Shown piece by piece: positions 56,769 to 64,000 of a stretch of DNA of 64,000 nt. A program made the position numbers and the translations under genes. Under the pieces are notes generated by a model. That model worked only from the letters and a program-made list of their open reading frames with translations, was not told the DNA's origin and ran no database searches. How positions within the stretch are numbered: position 1 is the first letter of the stretch; every line of letters begins with the position of its first letter. Origin of the DNA: a virus (Duplodnaviria > Caudoviricetes); the IMG/VR virus record IMGVR_UViG_2711768162_000009, positions 41,963 to 105,962 of that record; one strand, 5' to 3'.

Positions 56769-57592
56769 TCCCGATGACCATCACCCTCGCCAGCATCGCT
56801 ATGTCTCTGATGGCCGGCGCCGCAGAAGCGAACGTCACCATCACCACCGGCAAGAGCGGCGGCACCTATCACGGCACGTTCGGAGCCAACCTGAACCAGA
56901 TTCTGCGCGAACACGGCATCCCCGCCGAAGTGCAGACGTCCCTGGGCTCGGTCGAGAACCTGAACCGCATCGCAGCCGGCGAGGCTCAAGTCGGCTTTAC
57001 TCAGGGCGATGTGCTCGCCTCCTGGCTGCGCGACAACCCCTCCGCCAACATCGAGATCGTCGGCGAGCTGGGTCAGGAGTGTGTCTACGTGGCCGTGAAC
57101 AAAGACGGCAAGGTGTCCGACGAGGATGACCTGACTTCCGGTATCAAGATCGCGGTGGGCGAACAAGGCACAGGCTCCGCTGTGTCCTGGGACTACCTGC
57201 GCACTCTCGAGGACGACTACGCCGAAGCCAGCACTTTCTACCAGGGCGGCATCCGTAGCCTGGGCAAAGTTTCCAGCGGCCAGCTTGACGCCTTCATGTG
57301 GGTGACGTCCCCGGACAACCTGAATCACGGCTACCTGAATGCAGTCAATGCGAGTGACAGCCTCGAGATCATCGACCTCGATGACTACTCCCTCAACGAA
57401 AAGCTGCCCAACGGCGAACAGGTCTACGAGTTCCGCGATGTTGTGGTGAAAGAAGGCACCTTCAACGACACCGAAGTCGAAGTGCCCTGCACCGACGTCT
57501 TGGTCGTGGCCGATCCGAACATGGACTACGAGGCCATCGAAACCGTTGCCGGCGCAGTCCTCATGAACAGCAACCGCATTCGCGGGCTTTAA
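56765..57592 (+). CDS. TAXI-family TRAP transporter solute-binding protein
   Basis: Signal peptide; ITTGKSGGTY, TSLGSVENL, GEAQVGFTQGDV, IAVGEQGTGS, GQLDAF. Confidence 0.85.
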   Translation: MIPMTITLASIAMSLMAGAAEANVTITTGKSGGTYHGTFGANLNQILREHGIPAEVQTSLGSVENLNRIAAGEAQVGFTQGDVLASWLRDNPSANIEIVGELGQECVYVAVNKDGKVSDEDDLTSGIKIAVGEQGTGSAVSWDYLRTLEDDYAEASTFYQGGIRSLGKVSSGQLDAFMWVTSPDNLNHGYLNAVNASDSLEIIDLDDYSLNEKLPNGEQVYEFRDVVVKEGTFNDTEVEVPCTDVLVVADPNMDYEAIETVAGAVLMNSNRIRGL

Positions 57593-57661
57593 TTAGTAAG
57601 TCACAACTGACTTAGGCCGCCTTCGGGCGGCCCTCTCCCCAACAACACTCAGGAGAATCCC

Positions 57662-57961
57662 ATGCACAGCAAAGTAGGCGATCGTGTCGGTGCTCTGCTC
57701 AGCGTTAATGACGGTGTTGCCAAGCTCATCGGTTACGGCGAGTTCATCGGCGCCAAAGTCCCCGTCCAGAACGCCATCGGCTTCGGCAGCGCCCTGCACA
57801 TCCACGGCTACCCCAACCCTTGCATCAAGCTCGACAGCGGCAAGGAGGTCTTCGGCTGCGAGTGCTGGTGGGGGCCAGAGGACGCAGTAAAGGCAAAGCT
57901 CGAGGGCTTGGAGGTCATCGAGGTGGACATTGATGAGGTGCGCAAGGAGAAAGGCGAATGA
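57662..57961 (+). CDS. Hypothetical phage protein
   Basis: AGGAG RBS; NPCIKLDSG..VFGCECWWG. Confidence 0.7.
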   Translation: MHSKVGDRVGALLSVNDGVAKLIGYGEFIGAKVPVQNAIGFGSALHIHGYPNPCIKLDSGKEVFGCECWWGPEDAVKAKLEGLEVIEVDIDEVRKEKGE

Positions 57962-58407
57962 AGCCGATCGCCAAAGTGAACGACCTTCGGAAGTCCTCTG
58001 ACCTCCTGGTCAAGATGATGAAAGACCTCGATCTGGCGATCAGGATCGTGGACACCATGCAAGAACGAGAATACCTGGCACCGAGCAAGCGTCGAGAGAT
58101 TCAGGAGCGCGAAAGTCGGTTCAAGCAGGAAAGAGGCGCTTTTGCCAAGGAAGTGCTCGCTGAATGGCTGAAGCACGGCCCAGTGAAGAAGTGCGAGGAA
58201 GTGGCGCTTCGCTTTGCCCTGATGCTCAACATTCCCGATGAGCGGTTCGTGGACACCGTAGACGACCTGGCACACGTCTACGAGCGTCGTTATCACGAAC
58301 TGACACATCGGGCCATCGTGAAGCAGAAACAGCGTCAGGAAGCCGCTGCGAGCGCTCTGAACAGCATGTTCACCAAGAAGAAGTTCCCGCTGGAGATGGC
58401 GTCATGA
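57958..58407 (+). CDS. Hypothetical protein
   Basis: ATGA-coupled ORF. Confidence 0.65.
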   Translation: MKPIAKVNDLRKSSDLLVKMMKDLDLAIRIVDTMQEREYLAPSKRREIQERESRFKQERGAFAKEVLAEWLKHGPVKKCEEVALRFALMLNIPDERFVDTVDDLAHVYERRYHELTHRAIVKQKQRQEAAASALNSMFTKKKFPLEMAS

Positions 58408-58697
58408 GATACGTCTTTTACGCTGCCGTCCTGTTGTCGTATTGGGCCTTCGTTTGGTCGGACCCTTCAGACCCACAAACCATGTCACTGATGATGATGT
58501 ATCTGCCGTTTCTTTCGATGACGTGGGCTTATTCGGTCTACACCATCTTTCGATTGAAACGATGGTCGTCCGGGGCTCCCATTCGTTACAAAGCAAGCGC
58601 CATGTTTGTTGTGGGAACGATGATCGCCATCGGAATGCATAGCATCATTTCAGTGTCAGTCGGATTCATTCATCTCACCCTAACCGCCGCAATTTGA
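58404..58697 (+). CDS. Small membrane protein
   Basis: ATGA-coupled; three hydrophobic segments. Confidence 0.55.
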   Translation: MRYVFYAAVLLSYWAFVWSDPSDPQTMSLMMMYLPFLSMTWAYSVYTIFRLKRWSSGAPIRYKASAMFVVGTMIAIGMHSIISVSVGFIHLTLTAAI

Positions 58698-58707
58698 GGA
58701 CAGCGAA

Positions 58708-60078
58708 ATGAACGCTATCGCACCACCTGCCTTCGAGACTGAGAACGATCAGGCCAACGTCATCCTTCTCCTGATGAAAGGCTGCAAGATGAGCAACAAG
58801 GCCACCAAAAAGAAACTGATTAGCGTGGCCTTGAACGATGCGCCTGAAGCGGTAAAAGCATATCGCCACGAGCTGATGCTGATGCTCTTCTCACCGCTCG
58901 AGACGTTCAATGTAAAGCCGAAGAAGACCTGGGTGATGGGCTCAAGTGAGCCGACCAAGACCTGGGCTGAAGCCTACCGCCTTCTGTGCCAGTTGCGCTC
59001 GCGGGAGATCACTGGGAATGCAGCAAAGCAGGCCGCTGAGGACATGGCCGCTGAGCTTTCTGAGTCTCATGCTGACCTCTTCCTGCGCATCCTGAACAAG
59101 CGCCCTGATGCCGGCATGACAGGCAACACGATCAACGAGGTCATCCCCGGCTATATCCCCCTGTTCAAGTGCGCCCTGGCAGAGCCGTTCGATCCTGCAA
59201 AGGCTGACTTCCCCTGCCTGGCCCAGCCGAAGCTCGACGGCGTTCGTGTGCTTGCGCACGTCCAATTAAGTAAGTCACAGGTCACTTACTACAGCCGTCG
59301 TGGACTCACCTTCTCGTCCATGGAACACCTCACCAAGCACTGTCTGGCGTTGGCTAAAGTCTTCCGCTACCTCTTCAAGACCGAGCTGACAGTGGGCGAG
59401 CTAGACGACGATCTCTTCTTCGATGGCGAGGTGTTCGGCGAGAACTTCAAAGAGTCCATCAGTGCGGTGCGCAAGAAGGATACGGCTGCCGAGAACACCA
59501 AGTTCCACGTCTACGATTGGATGCGCGCCGAAGACTTCTTCGCAGCGAAGTCCAGCCTCTCCCAAGCCAAGCGGACGGAGATTCTGGATCGGGCCATGCT
59601 GCTGCTGAGACAGGCCGCCAAGAATGAGGGGGTTGAGCCCAAGCTGGTCACGGTTCCAACGCGGGTTGTCATCGACCACGAAGCCGCTGTGCAGTTCTAC
59701 GAGAAAGCGTTATCCGATGGCTACGAGGGGGCGATGCTCAAGAAGCCTGACGACCCCTACTCATTCCGCCGAAGTTACACCTGGATGAAGATGAAGCCGG
59801 AAGCGAGCGAGGATTTGACGGTTGTCGGCTGGGAGGAAGGAACAGGCAAGTATGAGGGTCTGGTAGGTGCCCTGATCGTCGATTTCAAGGGAGTGGAGGT
59901 AAGAGTCGGCTCAGGGCTGACAGACGCTCTGAGGGCTTCTCTGTGGGCTGAGCGTGATGCTCTGGAAGGTCGTATCGCTGAAGTGGAGTATATGGAGGTG
60001 ACGCCGGACGGGTCGCTGCGCCATCCTCGGTTCGTCTGCTTCCGAGACTTACCGGCAACACCGGGAGTAAAGGTCTAA
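58708..60078 (+). CDS. ATP-dependent DNA ligase
   Basis: QPKLDGVR adenylation motif, FFDGE, YEGAMLK, WMKMK, VGSG, SLRHPRF. Confidence 0.95.
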   Translation: MNAIAPPAFETENDQANVILLLMKGCKMSNKATKKKLISVALNDAPEAVKAYRHELMLMLFSPLETFNVKPKKTWVMGSSEPTKTWAEAYRLLCQLRSREITGNAAKQAAEDMAAELSESHADLFLRILNKRPDAGMTGNTINEVIPGYIPLFKCALAEPFDPAKADFPCLAQPKLDGVRVLAHVQLSKSQVTYYSRRGLTFSSMEHLTKHCLALAKVFRYLFKTELTVGELDDDLFFDGEVFGENFKESISAVRKKDTAAENTKFHVYDWMRAEDFFAAKSSLSQAKRTEILDRAMLLLRQAAKNEGVEPKLVTVPTRVVIDHEAAVQFYEKALSDGYEGAMLKKPDDPYSFRRSYTWMKMKPEASEDLTVVGWEEGTGKYEGLVGALIVDFKGVEVRVGSGLTDALRASLWAERDALEGRIAEVEYMEVTPDGSLRHPRFVCFRDLPATPGVKV

Positions 60079-60090
60079 CATAATGAGAAC

Positions 60091-61206
60091 ATGCTGGTGG
60101 CACATGCCTTGACCCTACTGGAGAACAAAATGGTAAAGCCGTCTGTAAAGATTACCGCTGTTGCTTGCCTTTTAAGCTTGCCGATGACCTCACAGGCGGA
60201 GCTGGTTTATCGCGAATTCTCGCAGTGCAGAGGGAATGGCTCGGTATGTGCCCCAAAAATTCTTGCTCAGGGCGAGTTCAGTTTGGGTGACGGGCCTAGA
60301 TTGGTTGCTTTTCTTTCTAGCCGTTACCCAGACAGAATCAGGGAACTGAACGGCAAGGAGATATGCTTCGACAGCCAGGGTGGCGACCTAAGGTCAGCCA
60401 TCCATATGGGTGGAAACATACGAATCCTGGGTCTTTCTACTTGTCTGATGTCTCAATATAAACACGTTTATGGGGATGCCTGGGAGGTGACAGGTGCAAC
60501 TTGCGAAGACGAATGTATCTGGGCTTTTCTCGGTGGAGTCGAGCGTTCAATTGAAAACACTCAAGAAGTTGTATTAACCGTCAGCCCCTTTGATCAGGGA
60601 TCATATGATAGCATAGGGACTGCCATCTTCGATGCCGGAAGGTATCTCGACCAGATGGGTGTTAGCCGGTATTTTCTGGATACTGCCCTCACTGCTCCAG
60701 CTAGCGGAGCTTCACTCTACCCGTCTGAAAGGCTGGAGCTAGGCATCGAGTATCGACCCTCTGGCCCCGAAGCCGCGAATTGGGAGCTTATTCAGCAACC
60801 AGACGGGAGTATCGTTGCAAGAGTTGATCAGTATGTGCCTGGCAATCGCTCGATCTTCAGGCTAGGGCTCTACAAACTAGATAGCGGCGCTAAAGCGCTT
60901 TTGGCCGTTCTACCTCACCCGAATGGCGCAGACCATCAACGCCTAAACAGCGCGTATTCACTACAGCCAGATGTAACGCTAACTGTTAACGGTCGAGCGC
61001 AAGATTATCGAAATCAACAGTGGGAAGTGAGCAGCTCTGGCGCTTATACGTTGATCACACTGCCGCCAATATTTACCAGCGCCCCCAATTTTATAGAAAC
61101 GATAGAAGTAGATGTAGACCTGCCTGAAGCATACCGTGACGTCAGACCACGAAATTCTTATTACATACCCGATGGGGACACCAAACTGTCATCCATCTTT
61201 AAGTAA
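60091..61206 (+). CDS. Exported hypothetical protein with ClpP/crotonase-like periplasmic domain (moron-like; start may be 60130)
   Basis: Signal peptide; FDSQGGDL..AI.MG..IR.LGLST...C...C..AFLGGVER; lower GC. Confidence 0.6.
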   Translation: MLVAHALTLLENKMVKPSVKITAVACLLSLPMTSQAELVYREFSQCRGNGSVCAPKILAQGEFSLGDGPRLVAFLSSRYPDRIRELNGKEICFDSQGGDLRSAIHMGGNIRILGLSTCLMSQYKHVYGDAWEVTGATCEDECIWAFLGGVERSIENTQEVVLTVSPFDQGSYDSIGTAIFDAGRYLDQMGVSRYFLDTALTAPASGASLYPSERLELGIEYRPSGPEAANWELIQQPDGSIVARVDQYVPGNRSIFRLGLYKLDSGAKALLAVLPHPNGADHQRLNSAYSLQPDVTLTVNGRAQDYRNQQWEVSSSGAYTLITLPPIFTSAPNFIETIEVDVDLPEAYRDVRPRNSYYIPDGDTKLSSIFK

Positions 61207-61285
61207 CCGCTTGCTTACTAGCATTGCTCAACGTATAATTCAAGTCAGCAACGCAGGCGCAGTCGCGTGTTGTGTTAGGGAGAGA

Positions 61286-61315
61286 AGGGACGCAGGGGTG
61301 CGTCCCTATTTTTTT
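61286..61315. terminator. Terminator between convergent moron and integrase
   Basis: AGGGACGCA-GGGG-TGCGTCCCT followed by a T-run. Confidence 0.75.
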
Positions 61316-61319
61316 GCCC

Positions 61320-62714
61320 TTATTTCACCACCTTCAGGTGGCTTTTCTTCAGGTCAGGCGCTCCGAGAATCTTCGACAGCGCGCTCATCGCCCTCTCTTT
61401 ATGGTCATTCGTCAGGTGCGAGTAGTTGCTGATCGTGGTCTGAATATCTGTGTGACCCATCAAGACTCTCACTGTCTCCAGGCTCTCACCCGCCATGATC
61501 AACTGAGACGCAAAATTGTGACGAAGCGTATAGAGGTGAAGGCTTTCCTGTAGTCCACCCAGCTTCTTTATTCTCGCCCAGGGCTTTCTCAACGCACCCT
61601 CCGAAAGACGCTTGTTTTCGCCTGGAAACACAGGTGATGGGAATACGTATCCGGACGTTGGTCTACCCTGCTCTTCCCACCAAACACGCAGAACATCGGT
61701 GAGTGCATCAGCCAGAGGGAAGTGCATCAGTCCGTGACCATGATGCGCAATTTTCTCAATGACTTTGGTGATCGCCTTTACCTCGCCATCCAGATGTTCC
61801 CACTGCAAACCGAGCACGTCGCCAGGGCGAAAGCCACCGTAGTAACAGCACAGAATTGCCGGGACCGCATGATCTACATAGGTGCGGTGAGTGAGGTCAG
61901 GCAGATGCTGCTTCGCCTTCTTTGTGAGCGAATGCCGGCGTTGTTCCTTCTTCTCTTCGGTGTAAAGCTCAAGGCCGTGGAAGAGTCCCTTCACCTCATA
62001 GTCAGTAAGCGGACGGCGTGAAGCCATAGGGCCTTCGCCATCTTTCGGAGTGACTTGACTGGCCGGCGGACGCTTCAGGCTCACCCGGTTCAACGGACTG
62101 ACCTCTATCACCTCCTGGTCGACGGCGTAATTCAGCATCGACTTGAAGGTGTCAAAGGAACGCTTGATGGTGGCATGAGCCAACCCTTCCTTCTCCCACT
62201 TGTGCTGCCAGGTGGTGACGTCTCGCTTGGTAATGTCCGGAATGCGTCGGTCATACCAGTGCTTGAAGTGGCGTTCGATGCGCTGGAGGTCGTGATGTCC
62301 TCTCTTGTTGCGCATGATGTGAGGCTTCCAGACGCGCTCGACAAACGTGCCGATGATCTGGAGTTCGCTCAAGCGCTCCCGTTCGCGCCTGCGCTTCTCT
62401 TCATCCCGCCGCCGGCTCTCTTCGATCCGGGGCTCAATCCCATCGCGGAGTTGAAGGCGCCACTTGCTGGCTAGCTCCCGAGCCTCGTCTACGTCGATGC
62501 CGGGGAAGTCCCCGATTTTGACCGTTGGGCGCTCCCCCGTTGCCTTGGAGCGATACCGAAACCGGAGTGATCCGCCGCCGTCCTGCTTGAACTGACAGTA
62601 GAAACCGCGCACCTCAGTGTCGTAGACCCGCTGAAAGCCTCTCCGCTTCGCGTCCATCAGGGCCGTCTTGGTGATCCGCTTGGTCAATGACTTAGACCCT
62701 TTTGCGTCTGCCAT
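61320..62714 (-). CDS. Tyrosine recombinase/integrase with N-terminal arm-binding domain
   Basis: GGAGG RBS before MADAK; KIGDFPGIDVDEARELA arm domain; GFRPGD, YTLRHNFAS, LMGH, NYSH catalytic motifs. Confidence 0.93.
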   Translation of the reverse strand: MADAKGSKSLTKRITKTALMDAKRRGFQRVYDTEVRGFYCQFKQDGGGSLRFRYRSKATGERPTVKIGDFPGIDVDEARELASKWRLQLRDGIEPRIEESRRRDEEKRRRERERLSELQIIGTFVERVWKPHIMRNKRGHHDLQRIERHFKHWYDRRIPDITKRDVTTWQHKWEKEGLAHATIKRSFDTFKSMLNYAVDQEVIEVSPLNRVSLKRPPASQVTPKDGEGPMASRRPLTDYEVKGLFHGLELYTEEKKEQRRHSLTKKAKQHLPDLTHRTYVDHAVPAILCCYYGGFRPGDVLGLQWEHLDGEVKAITKVIEKIAHHGHGLMHFPLADALTDVLRVWWEEQGRPTSGYVFPSPVFPGENKRLSEGALRKPWARIKKLGGLQESLHLYTLRHNFASQLIMAGESLETVRVLMGHTDIQTTISNYSHLTNDHKERAMSALSKILGAPDLKKSHLKVVK

Positions 62715-62789
62715 GGCTACCTCCAGAAAACCACCAGCGAACCAATATGCTCGTATGTGATTGATATTATGTTCTAAATTTCGACCTCT

Positions 62790-62821
62790 CGGTGCTCCAT
62801 CGGTGCTCCACCCGTGCCCCA
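62790..62821. repeat. Tandem CGGTGCTCCA repeats, candidate integrase arm-type sites
   Basis: Exact copies at 62790-62799 and 62801-62810; degenerate CCGTGCCCCA at 62812-62821. Confidence 0.55.
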
Positions 62822-63009
62822 AAACACCGAGAATTGCCCTCATGTTGTCTTGCTCAATCTAGCAGGAAGTTGATGCAGGGTCTGCTATTATCGGAGCGCC
62901 GGATTGAGGCGCTAAGCCCAACAAACCGCTCAACCATGCGGGTTTCGCGCTAGTATACGCCTCGTCTTAGGGGGGCAGGCCAGACGGTCACACAACCCAA
63001 AGGCCAAGT

Positions 63010-63086
63010 CGGAGCGTGGCGCAGCTTGGTAGCGCGTTGCAATGGGGTTGCAAAGGTCGCAGGTTCGAATCCTGTCGCTCCGACCA
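63010..63086 (+). tRNA. tRNA-Pro(GGG)
   Basis: CGGAGCG/CGCTCCG acceptor stem, D arm GCGC-AGCTTGGTA-GCGC, anticodon arm TTGCA-ATGGGGT-TGCAA, GGTTCGAATCC T arm, encoded CCA. Confidence 0.97.
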
Positions 63087-63100
63087 CTGAATTCAAGAAT

Positions 63101-63137
63101 GACGGTCACCTTGCTCATCAGAGCGGTGGCCGTTTTT
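63101..63137 (+). terminator. Terminator after tRNA
   Basis: ACGGTCACC...GGTGGCCGT hairpin followed by TTTT. Confidence 0.6.
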
Positions 63138-63640
63138 CGTCGTTTTCGCCCCCCCCTTCTCATCGCATCGAGTTCACACGTGGGCACCGCCTGAACTGAC
63201 CCCACTCCGCTTTTTACTCCGCTATCGACAGCACTACCTCCTGCACTATCCACTCGGCCCACTTGCTACTTTCACCCTTCTCGCTTTGTCCTCCTCGTGG
63301 CGTCGTTACATCGCGCTGTCTGGAGCCGATACCCCTGCGGGACCCAGGCTGCTACCGCGACCTGCGCTCAGTGCCTCTATACCGCCAGCCGCCGCATCGA
63401 ACGGTCACCGTAAAGTGCTGGCGATCGGATACTACCAATGCTATATATTAGCCTGCTCTTATTCGACAAATGATTGAATTCTCTGGCGTTTCATACCCGA
63501 CATCTGCCGGCCAGCGGATACAAGGCAGCAGACGGGGTAGACCTGCTCGTCTCGAGCAGCCGCCAGGGCGAGCAGGAATGGCCGGCAGGAAATCGACGCA
63601 CAGCAGTGGCTGCGTCTCACGACACCAATCAGGAACTGAC

Positions 63641-64000
63641 ATGAACTACCGACTGATGTTTCAGCTTACGGACTCCCTGAACACCAAGTCCCTCGAGCCA
63701 CTGTTGCTGAAACCCACGCCACTGGAAATGCCGGAGCACCAGATCGACTCCTTGCAGGAAGTTCCAGCCACCGATGATCTGATCGAGCTCCCCTTTACCG
63801 CAGAAGAAGGCGAAAAAACCAGCCTGGTCTATGTGCAAGGCAGGGTTGTCTCCACCAAGAAGACCTTCACCATCTCCGATGGTGGTGAAAGCGCCAGGTG
63901 CCTGGTGACCTGCTTCATCGAACCCAATCGCGTGGTGCAACAGGGCACAGGCGAGCTGATTCTCGAACCCACCATCAACAACATCGATGAGATGCTCTGA
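63641..64000 (+). CDS. Hypothetical protein (outside the prophage)
   Basis: AGGA RBS, ATG at 63641, TGA at 63998-64000. Confidence 0.6.
   Translation: MNYRLMFQLTDSLNTKSLEPLLLKPTPLEMPEHQIDSLQEVPATDDLIELPFTAEEGEKTSLVYVQGRVVSTKKTFTISDGGESARCLVTCFIEPNRVVQQGTGELILEPTINNIDEML

Larger units (their letters stand above)
412..61217. promoter_or_regulatory. Dispersed 18-bp palindromic operator-like motif TAAGTMA-N4-TKACTTA, 26 copies
   Basis: Copies start at 412, 1162, 4041, 5458, 9930, 11202, 12440, 13391, 15399, 17155, 22117, 27014, 30560, 32461, 34819, 42605, 46104, 48611, 49477, 51546, 52898, 54027, 55864, 57597, 59271 and 61200; mostly at gene junctions, some degenerate. Confidence 0.9.
1..62950. 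mobile_element. Temperate siphovirus-like prophage (left end outside window; right boundary approximate)
   Basis: Continuous terminase, portal, capsid, tape measure, tail fibre, lysis, replication and integrase genes; the same 18-bp palindrome recurs from 412 to 61217 and was not seen beyond the integrase. Confidence 0.9.

Noticed and set aside
8676-60078. Inteins or introns in terminase, helicase, primase or ligase
   Set aside because: Lengths are ordinary, motifs are contiguous, and no intein termini or homing endonuclease motifs were seen
412-61217. Recurrent palindrome as a CRISPR array
   Set aside because: Copies are dispersed kilobases apart with no repeat-spacer periodicity, and no cas genes were seen
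62890-62915. TCGGAGCG upstream of the tRNA as an att remnant or second tRNA
   Set aside because: Matches the tRNA start for only about 8 nt and forms no cloverleaf; too short to support

Overview
Positions ~1-62950 are the right-hand part of a large temperate siphovirus-like prophage, probably in a GC-rich gammaproteobacterium; its left end lies outside the window. Gene order: thioredoxin, SF2 helicase, ParB-ParB-ABC ATPase-GNAT cluster, terminase, portal, scaffold, capsid, head-tail, tape measure and tail tip, several tail fibres with a holin/endolysin pair embedded among them, PhoH, an Hfq-like protein, DnaB helicase, primase, TAXI binding protein, DNA ligase and a tyrosine integrase reading away from a tRNA-Pro(GGG). 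From memory this layout resembles SSU5/pHCM2-type phage-plasmids (not verified). The main finding is a candidate virion-protein modification system inside the tail module. Two otherwise unrelated small proteins, each translationally coupled to an S74-chaperone tail fibre 15 kb apart, end in the same tag NCNCLCRD. One is followed by two radical SAM/SPASM enzymes, three Fe(II) oxygenase-like proteins and two paralogous unknown proteins. The other is Thr/Ser-rich and is followed by two glycosyltransferase-like genes. An 18-bp palindrome (TAAGTMA-N4-TKACTTA) occurs 26 times across the prophage, and a diverged ~130-bp inverted repeat brackets the whole morphogenesis module. All functional calls come from motif recognition by eye; no searches were run.
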